Of a DNA stretch of 64,000 bases, positions 28,679 through 38,398 are shown piece after piece. A model generated the notes under the pieces. It was not told where the DNA came from and searched no databases. It was given only the letters and a program-made list of their open reading frames with translations. Source of the stretch: a bacterium (GTDB lineage: Bacteria > UBA8248 > JACPRG01 > G963555815). Position 1 is the stretch's first letter. Each line of letters begins with the position of its first letter. The translations under genes and the position numbers were made by a program. The stretch spans positions 4,416,001-4,480,000 of the forward strand of contig OZ244653.1 of assembly GCA_965218795.1 (NCBI GenBank), given 5' to 3'.

Positions 28679-30397
28679 ATGAAAGCGGAGACCATCCCCG
28701 TCGAGACGACGGCTGACGCCTATCTGGAAATCCTCGCGCGGCGGGGGGTGAAATATTTCTTCGCCAACGCTGGAACCGATTTCGCCCCCATCCTCGAGAG
28801 CTTCGCCAAGCGGCAGACCGAGGGACGGGAATGGCCGAAGCCGATCCTTTGCCCTCATGAAAACACGGCCGTTGGAATGGCCTACGGATACTACATGACG
28901 ACCGGGGAGCCGCAGGTGGTCATGGTTCACGTCAACGTGGGCACGGCCAACGCCTCCGGGCAGATTATCAACGCATCGCGGTCCCGCATCCCCATTCTCT
29001 TCAGCGCGGGCCGCACCCCGATTACGGAAGAGGGCGTGCGGGGCGGACGGAACGTGCACATCCACTGGGCCCAGGAGTCGTTCGATCAGGCGGGCATGAT
29101 CCGGGAATACGTGAAATGGGATTACGAGCTGCGGAACTCCTCGCAACTCGAGACCGTGGTCGACCGAGCGCTGGGCCTGGCCATGGCCGATCCGTCCGGC
29201 CCGGTTTATCTGACGCTGCCGCGAGAGCTTCTTGCGGAGCCGCAGGCCACGCTGTCCCTGAAGCGAGGCGAAGCTCGATTCGGCCGGACATCCTGCCAGC
29301 CCAATCGGGATCAGGTCGAGCAGGCCGCCGAGCTGTTGGCGGGTTCCGAGCGGCCGCTGATCATCACGAGCGATTCCGGTGAGGATCCGTCCGCCGTCCC
29401 GCTTCTCGTCGACCTGGCCGAGACGGGCGCGATCCCGGTCCTCGAAGCCCGGGGCCACTATATGAACTTCCCCACCGATCACGAGCTTCACCTGGGGTTC
29501 GAGCCGGATGGGCTCCTGCAGGAGGCGGACGTGATTCTGGTCCTGGAATCCGACGTGCCGTGGATGCCCAACTTCTGCAAGCCCTCCGATTCGGCGCGCG
29601 TGATCCAAATGGGCCGGGACCCTTACTATTCGGACACTGCAATCCGGGGCTACCCGATGGACGTGATCCTGGCGGGTGATCCGGCGGCGGGTCTGAGGAA
29701 CCTCACAAAATCCCTGGCGGAAAAACTCAATGGGAAGGGCATCGCGATCGAAGAACGAAGAGAGCGTTGTCGCCGGATTCACGAAGAGCAGCGGGCGGAG
29801 TGGGCGAAGACCGCGGAGAGGGTGAGCCGTGAAAAGCCTATCGACGAGCGGTGGGTCTCGGCGTGCGTCAATGAGGTGGTGGATGAGGACACGATCATCG
29901 TCAACGAGTATGACCTTGTTCCCGAATTCGTGGATTTCACCCGGCCGGGGTCGTTCTTCACCGTGTCCAATGCCGGGGCCCTGGGCTGGGCGCTGGGCGC
30001 GAGCCTCGGGGCGAAGCTGGCGCAACCCGAGAAGACGGTCATCGCGACCGTCGGCGACGGAAGCTACATCTTCAACGTTCCGACGGCCGCGCATTTTGTT
30101 GCGAGGGCGGCGGACCTTCCCATTCTGACGATCGTATTCAACAACCATCGCTGGAATGCGGTGAAGCAGGCGGCGACGGGGCTTTACCCCGACGGCTGGG
30201 CGACGGGCAGAGAGGCCGTCCCCCTCAGTGAGCTTCGGCCTTCGCCCGATTTCGAGAAGATGTTGGAAGCGCATGGCGGATACGGCGAGCGGGTAGAGGA
30301 ACCCGCCGAGGTTCTCCCCGCGATTCAGCGCGCACTCCGCGTCATTCGGGAGGAGGGCCGCCAAGCCCTGCTGAACGTCATTTGCGCCCCGCCTTGA
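28679..30397 (+). CDS. ThDP-dependent enzyme (acetolactate synthase / benzoylformate decarboxylase-like)
   Basis: ANAGTDF, PHENTAV, HVNVGTAN, GDGSY...NN; RBS before ATG 28679. Confidence 0.9.
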   Translation: MKAETIPVETTADAYLEILARRGVKYFFANAGTDFAPILESFAKRQTEGREWPKPILCPHENTAVGMAYGYYMTTGEPQVVMVHVNVGTANASGQIINASRSRIPILFSAGRTPITEEGVRGGRNVHIHWAQESFDQAGMIREYVKWDYELRNSSQLETVVDRALGLAMADPSGPVYLTLPRELLAEPQATLSLKRGEARFGRTSCQPNRDQVEQAAELLAGSERPLIITSDSGEDPSAVPLLVDLAETGAIPVLEARGHYMNFPTDHELHLGFEPDGLLQEADVILVLESDVPWMPNFCKPSDSARVIQMGRDPYYSDTAIRGYPMDVILAGDPAAGLRNLTKSLAEKLNGKGIAIEERRERCRRIHEEQRAEWAKTAERVSREKPIDERWVSACVNEVVDEDTIIVNEYDLVPEFVDFTRPGSFFTVSNAGALGWALGASLGAKLAQPEKTVIATVGDGSYIFNVPTAAHFVARAADLPILTIVFNNHRWNAVKQAATGLYPDGWATGREAVPLSELRPSPDFEKMLEAHGGYGERVEEPAEVLPAIQRALRVIREEGRQALLNVICAPP

Positions 30398-30612
30398 GTC
30401 CCGACAGGCTGCGGAAAAGCGATGGTCGAGGCCCGTGACGCAGCCCCCTGTGTAATTTCGGGTTTTGCGCTTATTCCAATCTCGGCGGGCACAAAGGCCC
30501 GCCACGATTGGGAAACAAAAGTTTTCGAGGGGGGGCAGGGGGGACAGTCTTCAAAATGCCCCCCCTGAGTTCTCATTCCGGCCAAAACGTCGGGCCAACA
30601 GGAGGAGTGTAA

Positions 30613-30819
30613 GTGGTTCAAGGAACGGTGAAGTGGTTCAATGACTCCAAGGGCTATGGTTTCATCTCGCAGGAGGATGGGGACGACATCTTCGTTCACT
30701 ACTCGGCAATTCAGACCGACGGTTTCAAGTCGCTCATGGAGGGCGACGAGGTAACCTTCGACATTACCGAAGGCCCGAAAGGTTTTCATGCCTCGAATGT
30801 GAAGAAGGTTTCCGGCTGA
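30613..30819 (+). CDS. cspA: Cold-shock protein
   Basis: [24 protein letters not shown]. Confidence 0.96.
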   Translation: MVQGTVKWFNDSKGYGFISQEDGDDIFVHYSAIQTDGFKSLMEGDEVTFDITEGPKGFHASNVKKVSG

Positions 30820-30845
30820 AAATCAATCCGATTCAACAAAGCGAG

Positions 30846-30877
30846 GCGGCGGCCCTGCACGGCCGCCGCTTTTTCTT
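30846..30877 (+). terminator. Rho-independent terminator of cspA
   Basis: GCGGCGGCC-CTGCAC-GGCCGCCGC followed by TTTTTCTT. Confidence 0.85.
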
Positions 30878-30931
30878 CATGAAGGCGACGAAGCTCCATT
30901 TCCCGGTGTCGCCGCCCTGCCCGGTGCCGGA

Positions 30932-32278
30932 CTAGGGGATATAAGCCCACATATCGAGAACCAGTGTCGCACCCTGAACGGGCAGCGGCACGCCTGAATC
31001 CTCAATCGTCGTGCTTGCGGGCGGTTCATCATCGAATTTGGACTCCCAGACCTCCCAAGAGAGGATGAACTCGTCGTAATCGGAATGGAAGCACTGGCGC
31101 CTCACGATGTTGTCATAGCCCTGGCCGCCCGCGGCCCTGACGATGGCCTCGGCATTTCCCATGATGTAGTCCGTTTGCTTGCGAACGCCCTTCTCGTACC
31201 AGGGGTAATAGGGGTTGACCTGAACATGCTTGGGCACATGACCCCTGTTGTCAGAGGCGATGCCTGTCGAGAGGAAGAGCAGATTCCCCGCCTTGACGGC
31301 ATGGGGTTCATGGAGGGGCCATTTGGGGACCTCCTTCGCCCGGATCGTTCGGGGTTTGATGCCGCCGTCGCGGCTCACCGCGACCAAATTGACCTCGATG
31401 AGACAACCCTCCCCGGCTAGGCCCTCAGTGGGCGTGACTGTCCGAGCAGGCGGATTCTTCGGGAAATACTCCTTCCAGACGTCGTCCATCTTCCAGATCT
31501 GCTTCATACCTTCGGGTGTGAGGTACACTTGAGCCTTCACGCTCAGATCCAGGGAGGAGCCGGCATCCTCCAAGACCCGGCTCAGACGGTCGAGGATGCA
31601 GCGCGTCTGATTTTCCATGTCGTTTCCCTGCCACAGCGCCTGGTTTCTCTGGGCGTCCGGGGCCACGGCGTTGAGCCAGTCCGTCGCGGATTGACCGGAG
31701 CAGAAGACATAAGGCCCCGCTTTGACGGCGTGCGGGCTGCCGTCGGGAAGCTTCGGCAAACCCGGCGAGTCGACGGTCTCCTTTTGCCACTTGGACTCCT
31801 TCGTCAGGGCGAGGAAATCAACCTCTACGATGCACGGCTTGCACAGCAGGTGGCTGCAACCAACAATTGTGGACGCCGGTCGTCCGTAAGACTCCGGAAT
31901 CAGCTCATTGCGGGTGCGGATGTATTCGGAGATCTCATTCCGCTCTCCATCCGGGGTGTCCTCAAGCACCATGAACTGGTCAACGCGGACGGTACGCTGG
32001 AACGAGGATCTTCCGGTCGTGAGAACCTTTTCGAGGTTCGGAAGGCTGTACAGGGCCTGGAGCCGCACCTCGCTGGGCTGAAGGTATGGGCTGACGGGGC
32101 CCCGGGTATGGTCCGGGTGCATGCCCCGCTCGGAGTACTCCGAGGCGATCTGGCCGGCCACGAAAATCCAGTCCCCTACCTCAACCCCGGGTGAATAATT
32201 CATTCTGGGCTCGGGAAATTCCTTGGGGAATATCTGCCGACGGACTTTCTTCCGCCGTACCTGCTTTGCCATTTTCAT
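30932..32278 (-). CDS. Triple-domain Rid (RidA/YjgF) protein
   Basis: Three repeats of S/H.AV..G...F.S/AGQ ... PA[R/S]T ... E.D/N. Confidence 0.85.
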   Translation of the reverse strand: MKMAKQVRRKKVRRQIFPKEFPEPRMNYSPGVEVGDWIFVAGQIASEYSERGMHPDHTRGPVSPYLQPSEVRLQALYSLPNLEKVLTTGRSSFQRTVRVDQFMVLEDTPDGERNEISEYIRTRNELIPESYGRPASTIVGCSHLLCKPCIVEVDFLALTKESKWQKETVDSPGLPKLPDGSPHAVKAGPYVFCSGQSATDWLNAVAPDAQRNQALWQGNDMENQTRCILDRLSRVLEDAGSSLDLSVKAQVYLTPEGMKQIWKMDDVWKEYFPKNPPARTVTPTEGLAGEGCLIEVNLVAVSRDGGIKPRTIRAKEVPKWPLHEPHAVKAGNLLFLSTGIASDNRGHVPKHVQVNPYYPWYEKGVRKQTDYIMGNAEAIVRAAGGQGYDNIVRRQCFHSDYDEFILSWEVWESKFDDEPPASTTIEDSGVPLPVQGATLVLDMWAYIP

Positions 32279-32367
32279 TCCCTTTCAGGGCGAGATACCA
32301 CGGAGCTCATTGACTCTTTCGACAAAGGCCGGGCGATTGGATAAAGCGGGTATCGGGCGGGATTTCG

Positions 32368-33732
32368 TCATATGGGGGAACAGTAATCGAACCCGCGCGT
32401 TTCCCTTTTGAACTCCTTCTGAACTTCCTTCAACGCCGTGGGCCGGATGAGGAGGTCCAAAGCCGTGCAGGCGATGACCTGACTCGCTGCCTTCATCCCC
32501 TTGAATCCGATCCCCGAGCCAAACTGGGCGGTGGCGTCCCAGGAGTGTTCCGGGGTCCCGGGGGCGCGGCATGAGGTATAGAAAAGCCCCAAAGGCGCAA
32601 GCCAGCTCACATTGCCCTGATCATTGGCGTACGGAGAAAATCCTTCGCGGGGGGGATCCACCTTTTCCCTCAGGGGCCGCTTGTAGCCCAACCGGCGCGC
32701 CAGGGCCTTGTCCTCGCCCGAGAATCGAGGGCCGCCGACCCGTCTCAAGTTCTGATCGATCAACCTTCCCAAAGCGAGGTTGGGGAGGCTTTGGTACGTG
32801 GCGGCATGCAGTTTCATCCGCACCCGGGTTTTCGTCGCCCGCGCCGCACCCTGAGCGATCCGCTTCACCTGTGTGGTGACCTCATCGGTTTGGGTCCGAC
32901 TCGGTGTCCAAATCCAATACCACGACTTGGCATAGGGGAGTATGACCCCCGGATACTGACCTGCTTCCGGGATCACATAGTGGAAACCCGTCCCGGCCGG
33001 AACCTGACCGCGCAGCCGGTTCACACCCTCGTTCATGAGCTCGATCGCGCCTAGGGCGCTTTGCGCCATTTCCGGATCGATCTGGGCGTGGGCGCTTTTC
33101 CCGAAGAACTCGAACGTTATGGAATCCAATGACTTACAGGAGCTGTAGTCAGCGAGATTTCCTTCTCCCGGGTGCCAGGTCAGAACGGCATCCAAGTCTC
33201 GGAAGACCCCCGCATTCGCCATGACCACTTTGCCGTAAAGGATCTCTTCAGCCGGTGTACCGAACACCTTGACCGTGCCCCGAATCCCGTTCTCTTCCAG
33301 AATCTCTTTGACGGCGATCCCGGCCGAGACGCTGGCCGTGCCGAACAGGTTGTGCCCGCACCCATGCCCGTTGTCCGTCTCCCTGGGGCCGCAGTGCGGG
33401 ACCGCATCGTACTCCGCGAGGATCCCGATGTGAGGCTTCCCCCTTCCCCAGCGGCCCTCGAACGAGGTGGGCAATCCCGCAAGGCCGGTCTTGACCTGAA
33501 ACCCGGCTTCCCGAAGTTCTTCCACCAGGAAGGCGGATGAGCGGTACTCCTCGAGGCTCAGCTCGGGGGTTTCCCATATCCGCTTGGACAAGGCGTTCAT
33601 GCGGGCCGTTCTTTTTTCCAGAAAACCCACGGCCTGCCTCTTGCAGGCGGACCCGACCTCCTTGCCCGCGCCCTCTGAAAATCCCGCTTTCCGAGGGGAC
33701 AAGCCAATCCCTCCTCTTGTGATGGCCGACAT
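32368..33732 (-). CDS. M20 amidohydrolase (AbgB-like; start uncertain, possibly 33600)
   Basis: PELSLEE, LAEYDA, GHGCGHN, GTPAEE, WHP, DQGNVS. Confidence 0.9.
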   Translation of the reverse strand: MSAITRGGIGLSPRKAGFSEGAGKEVGSACKRQAVGFLEKRTARMNALSKRIWETPELSLEEYRSSAFLVEELREAGFQVKTGLAGLPTSFEGRWGRGKPHIGILAEYDAVPHCGPRETDNGHGCGHNLFGTASVSAGIAVKEILEENGIRGTVKVFGTPAEEILYGKVVMANAGVFRDLDAVLTWHPGEGNLADYSSCKSLDSITFEFFGKSAHAQIDPEMAQSALGAIELMNEGVNRLRGQVPAGTGFHYVIPEAGQYPGVILPYAKSWYWIWTPSRTQTDEVTTQVKRIAQGAARATKTRVRMKLHAATYQSLPNLALGRLIDQNLRRVGGPRFSGEDKALARRLGYKRPLREKVDPPREGFSPYANDQGNVSWLAPLGLFYTSCRAPGTPEHSWDATAQFGSGIGFKGMKAASQVIACTALDLLIRPTALKEVQKEFKRETRGFDYCSPI

Positions 33733-33809
33733 CTCCTGTCCGCCCGTTAACCCGCTCTTTGAACAGACTTGTACTTCCCCGATGACCGGGAGGAGTGCAA
33801 TCGAAGGAC

Positions 33810-34898
33810 CTATTTGGGGATTTTGCCGGTGATCCCCTGGACCAGGAAGTTCATCGAATTCAGGTCCTTTTCGGACATCCTTTGTCCCGCGGGGACGCGG
33901 ACCTTGCCCGCCTGATCCTTGACGGGTCCTGTGAACGGGGCGAACTTGCCCGCAAGCATGTCAGCTTTCTTCCGGTCCACCAGCTTCCGAACGTCCTCGG
34001 GAACCATGGGCCCGTAGGGCGCCAGTTCCGCGGCCCCGTCCTTCATCGTCGGAGCATAGTGCGCGCTTTTCCAGGTTCCCTTGTGGACGGCTTCAGCAAT
34101 CTTCTTGTAGAAAGGACCCCAATTGAAAACGGCCCCCGTCAGATGCGCTTTGGGCGCGTACGCCGACATGTCCGAGTAAACGCCCACACTGTATTTTCCC
34201 CGGCGCTGGGCCGCCTGTTGGACTGCGGGGGAGTTGAAGTACTGCCCCAGTACATCCGCACCGATATCCATCAGGCTCTCTCCGGCTTCGCGCTCTTTCG
34301 CCGGGTCGTACCAGGAAAGGGTCCAGATGAGATTGACCTTCACGGCCGGATTCACGGATTGCGCGCCCAACACGAATGAGTTGACGATGCGTATCACCAA
34401 CGGAATCGGAAACGCCGCCGCGTACCCGATCACGTTCGTCTTGGTCATCCTTCCGGCGACCATTCCCGCCAGGTAGGCCGGCTGATAGAGCGTGGCCCAA
34501 TAGGGCGCCATGTTGGGAGACGATTTGAATCCGGCCACGTGCATGAAGACCACATCGGGATTGCGCTTCGAGAGGTTCAGCATGATATCCATGTACTCGA
34601 AGGTGCAGCCGAAGATGAGGTTGTATCCTCTTCGGATGTACTGCTTCATGATGCGCTCGGCATCCCCGGCCGGAACCGACTCGGTATAGGCCGTCTCCAC
34701 ATACGGAACCTTTTGAAGCTCGCGCCGCGCTCTTTCATGGGCGAAGATCCAGCCATGATCTCCGATGGGGCCGTTGAAGATGAATGCCGCCTTGATCTTC
34801 GCCTGCGGCTTGAGAGCGTCGGCTGCCGGTGCGAACACCAGGGAACCCAGGAAGCAAACCCATAGAGCGAATGTGAACGACTTCCAAAGTCGAGACAT
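33810..34898 (-). CDS. BMP-family (purine/nucleoside-type) ABC substrate-binding protein
   Basis: GPIGDHGW..AHE, YLAGMVAG, SWYDPAKE, FNWGP. Confidence 0.9.
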   Translation of the reverse strand: MSRLWKSFTFALWVCFLGSLVFAPAADALKPQAKIKAAFIFNGPIGDHGWIFAHERARRELQKVPYVETAYTESVPAGDAERIMKQYIRRGYNLIFGCTFEYMDIMLNLSKRNPDVVFMHVAGFKSSPNMAPYWATLYQPAYLAGMVAGRMTKTNVIGYAAAFPIPLVIRIVNSFVLGAQSVNPAVKVNLIWTLSWYDPAKEREAGESLMDIGADVLGQYFNSPAVQQAAQRRGKYSVGVYSDMSAYAPKAHLTGAVFNWGPFYKKIAEAVHKGTWKSAHYAPTMKDGAAELAPYGPMVPEDVRKLVDRKKADMLAGKFAPFTGPVKDQAGKVRVPAGQRMSEKDLNSMNFLVQGITGKIPK

Positions 34899-35383
34899 AG
34901 CCTTTTCCTCCCTTTCTCGAGCCCTGATTGCAGTCTTTGGGGAAGTCTCCGCAATGAAGCGCTCGAACCAAGACAACAGTTGCGAACAGTCAGAAATTTG
35001 CCGATTCGATGATTGACTGAATACAGCATACTAACCAAAAGGCTCTTCTTCTCCAAGTGAAAAATTCTTCCTGGGGGAGCCCGGCGGGTTTTTCCATCGG
35101 GCGCAGAATCCTGATGATTCTTCCATCTTCGGGAGGGATGGAATCGCCGGGGATGGAAGACTGCGCTCCGGTCGGCAGGGGTTCCAGACACCGGCGAGGC
35201 GGGTTCGCCGGAGTTGGCAAAGGAAGGGATGCGATTCAGGCTATCGAGGACAGGGTGATGGATCAAATCGAGTCCGGGGAGGCGGTCGAGCTCCTCGTCG
35301 ACCTCATCAATGCGCCCGGCTCCGCTCACGCCGGTGATTGTTCCAATCCGCGCAACGGCGACGGCCAGGATCATACGATCCTT

Positions 35384-36253
35384 TCATCCCATCTTTGAAA
35401 TCGACACAAGATAGACCCCGACGAAGACAATGGCGGCTCCGAGCGCGAGTCGCCAGGTGACCTGCTCCAGCTCTTGGGCGAAAATGCGCGCCACCAGAAT
35501 CGAGAACAGTGGAGAGGTAAAGGACAGGGGCGCGACAAAACTCACGGTTCCGGTTCCCAGGGCCTCGTGGTAGGCGTACAGCGCGGCGCAATAGCAAAAG
35601 CCTCCCCCCAGAAAATACAAAAAGCCGCGTCGTTCAGCCTGCCAGCGGTCTTCCCGCGGGAGGGCGGTCTGACCCGATAGCAGAAAGAGAATGGCCCCGA
35701 GGGAGGAAACGCCGCTTCCCAGGATCGGATCGGACAGCGATTGCATGCCCAAACGGCTGAACACAGCCGTTAACCCCAGGAAAAAGGCCGGTATGAGACC
35801 GAGCAGCGTGGCCCTCAGGGTCATTCGAATTCCAGCGGGATCTGTCACGACGCTCGCGAGCCCCACTACAACAGTGACCGCGCCGAGAATGGCGTGCCAC
35901 GAAGGACGCTCGCCAAGAAAGGCCACAGCGTAGATCAGGCTCAAGAGAGGGCCAACGGTGATCAACACCGTGGCTCTCGAAACGCCGATCCGACGCATGC
36001 TGTAGTAAAACGTGACGCGGCCGGGACCTGAGGCCGCCGCTCCCATCAGGAAAAACCAGCCGGCGGCCGGCCAGAGGGAGCCTTCTCTCCATCCCAGAAC
36101 CCATCCGAGAATGAGAAAGAATATGAGAACAGTCCCGGAGTTGACGACGGCTCCGGTAAACGGTGTTCCGTCGCGAACCCCCAAACGGATGAGAAAGTCG
36201 CCCATGCCGAACGTGATTGCGGAGAGGAGCGCCCAAAACAGCGCAGGGGACAA
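35384..36253 (-). CDS. EamA/DMT-family transporter
   Basis: About 10 TM helices in two EamA repeats (IGVSRA...GP; S.VAPL...SPLF). Confidence 0.88.
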   Translation of the reverse strand: MSPALFWALLSAITFGMGDFLIRLGVRDGTPFTGAVVNSGTVLIFFLILGWVLGWREGSLWPAAGWFFLMGAAASGPGRVTFYYSMRRIGVSRATVLITVGPLLSLIYAVAFLGERPSWHAILGAVTVVVGLASVVTDPAGIRMTLRATLLGLIPAFFLGLTAVFSRLGMQSLSDPILGSGVSSLGAILFLLSGQTALPREDRWQAERRGFLYFLGGGFCYCAALYAYHEALGTGTVSFVAPLSFTSPLFSILVARIFAQELEQVTWRLALGAAIVFVGVYLVSISKMG

Positions 36254-36493
36254 CGGAGATTCCTTTCTTATGACGGCGTTTCCCTGAGCGATTCAGTGAT
36301 TTCGGATGAGATAGCTGTCCGGGCAATGGAAACCGAATCATCGGGGCAGTCGGCAAAATTTGCAAGGGCGCAAATTACCATTTCCCGGTGGTTCGTTCCC
36401 ATCGGCATTGATTGAAAGGGATTCTGGGGACACCATCCTTGATGAATGACTTTCGGATTGGTGCGCCCCCTGCCGAAACCGTGCAGGGGCCTA

Positions 36494-36697
36494 TGGATTC
36501 CCGCTTCCGCGGGAATGACAAGTAGGAAATCGCCATGAAAAGCCTCCTGAATCGCCATAGGCCGAGCCAACATAGTGCATGCCAGTGGACGTGTCGGTGA
36601 TGAGACAGACGCCCCCCCCCCAACCCTCCCCCTCCAAGGGAGAGGGAGATCAAGCGGCACCCTCCGAAAAAGACCCCTGAATCGCCCGGGAAAAGCC
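36494..36697 (-). repeat. Composite dispersed repeat, copy 2 (inverted), ending in a REP palindrome
   Basis: Reverse-complement match to 23578-23806; TGGATTCCCGCTTCCGCGGGAATGAC at 36494-36519. Confidence 0.85.
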
Positions 36698-36744
36698 CCT
36701 GCTAAGGGGCGTGCATCGACCGCGCTCGATGCCGTCGGTGCCCG

Positions 36745-36942
36745 GAGCTTTCCGAAAAAGATGACGCGGGAGCCGCGGCCACGATGAAAGAAGAGGCCGT
36801 CAAGAGGCTTCGGAGGGTCGGCCTGACGGAGGAGAGAATCCTCGAGGGAGCCGCGATATCAGCCTGTTTCAACTGTATCGATCGGATTGCCGACGCCTTC
36901 GGCGTTCCTCTGGATCCGGAATGTCAGCGAACCATCGGGTAA
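36745..36942 (+). pseudogene. C-terminal remnant of an AhpD/carboxymuconolactone-decarboxylase-like protein
   Basis: F..KMTREP, a frameshift, then MKEEAVKRLRRVGLTEERILEGAAISACFNCIDRIADAFGV (36784-36942), matching the 'L...G.SD..I.E....A.FN..NR.ADA.G' pattern. Confidence 0.6.
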
Positions 36943-37136
36943 ACTGGACGGTTGTCCCGACGGAAATTGGTCGCTAGAATAGTCCGTCAACAGTCCCTGA
37001 ATACCAGGGACAGGAGTGAAGGCTCTTTCGGCGGAAATCGCCAGGGATGAAGCGCGCCGTGCGTGGTCTTGTCCGGCGTTGCGCGGAATTGCCAAATCGG
37101 AAGAAGGTCTGGAAATTCCTTCAGGAGGGATCAGAG

Positions 37137-38135
37137 ATGAGAAAGCTGCTGTCGGCTGCCGTGATCGGTATCTGTTCGATGTTTGTATTCTCTGGCGGCG
37201 GCTCCGCCGCTGATTTCAAATCGGTGTGGCTCCTGGACTGGGTGTTCTACAGTGAGCACGTCCCTTTCTTCGCGGCAAGGGATTTTGGCTTTCTGAAAAA
37301 GGAAGGGCTGGATTTGGAAATCAAGCGCGGATTCGGCTCAGGGGACACCATCAAGCGCATCGGGCAAAAAGTGGCTCCCTTCGGCCTCGCTGATGTGGGA
37401 TCGATGATCATCGCGCGGTCCCGCGGAGTGAAGGTCAAGCAGGTCGCCATGTACTATGCGAAATCCCCGATGGTCCTGTGGTATCTCAAGGAGAAGGGGT
37501 ACAAGACCCCCAAGGACCTCATCGGCAAGAAGGTGGGGGGACCGGACGGCGACTCCGTAAAACGGGTGTTTCCGGCCTTCGCCAACGCGAACGGGGTGAA
37601 CCCATGCCAGGTCACTTGGGATACCCTGACCTACGGGGCGATCGCGCCGAGCGTCCTCGCGGGAAGAATCGATCTGGCCCCAACCTACTATGACTCCTCC
37701 GTCACCCTGGATCTCAAGGCCAAGAAACAAGGCAAGGAGGGCGCGGTCTTCCGCTACAGCGAGTGGGGGGTGGACATCTACGCCAATGGACTGATCGTCC
37801 ACGACGATTTGGCCAAGGAGAAACCCGGCCTGGTTCGCAGGTTCGTCAAGGCCAACATCGAGGCGTGGAGTCACTGCTTCGTCTATATGGAAAAATGCAT
37901 GAAGAATTTTCTCAAACACCAGCCCACGATGAGTCCCGAGTTCCTGCGCGCCCAGTACATGCGGACCCGGGCGATGAACATCGACAAAGGCGTTATTGAG
38001 CATGGTTTCGGTTACATGGACCCCAAGAAGATGGACCGGACCGTGGACATCATGACCAAGCACACGCCGCTCAAGGTCCGCGTAAAGACGGACGACATCT
38101 ATACGAACAAGTTCCTGCCGCAAATGGGCATGTGA
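37137..38135 (+). CDS. ABC substrate-binding protein, NMT1/THI5 family (paralog of 1915-2901)
   Basis: LDW, RGFGSGDTIKRIG, ARSRG.KVK, NGLIVHDD shared with the first copy. Confidence 0.88.
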   Translation: MRKLLSAAVIGICSMFVFSGGGSAADFKSVWLLDWVFYSEHVPFFAARDFGFLKKEGLDLEIKRGFGSGDTIKRIGQKVAPFGLADVGSMIIARSRGVKVKQVAMYYAKSPMVLWYLKEKGYKTPKDLIGKKVGGPDGDSVKRVFPAFANANGVNPCQVTWDTLTYGAIAPSVLAGRIDLAPTYYDSSVTLDLKAKKQGKEGAVFRYSEWGVDIYANGLIVHDDLAKEKPGLVRRFVKANIEAWSHCFVYMEKCMKNFLKHQPTMSPEFLRAQYMRTRAMNIDKGVIEHGFGYMDPKKMDRTVDIMTKHTPLKVRVKTDDIYTNKFLPQMGM

Positions 38136-38398
38136 ACGACAGCGGAATCAATCTGACATCGGCTGAGGCGCCCCGGCAGCCGGAGCGGTTGCCGTCGAGG
38201 GTGTCTCGGCCGATGTCGAACAAGTCCACGAATACGAAAAGCCCACAATACACCGGAATGGTGCGCGGCCTGCGCCAATCCCGTCGTCCCGTTTTTTCGC
38301 AGGGCACGATCCTGGGTGCTCGAATGCCGGGAAGTCGGTCATCCTGACTGACAGGTGCTCTTCCGTTGGGGACACGGGGGTACACAAAGGAGGACAGT

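Noticed and set aside
28559-30505. 648-aa minus-strand ORF
   Set aside because: Antisense to the well-supported ThDP enzyme.
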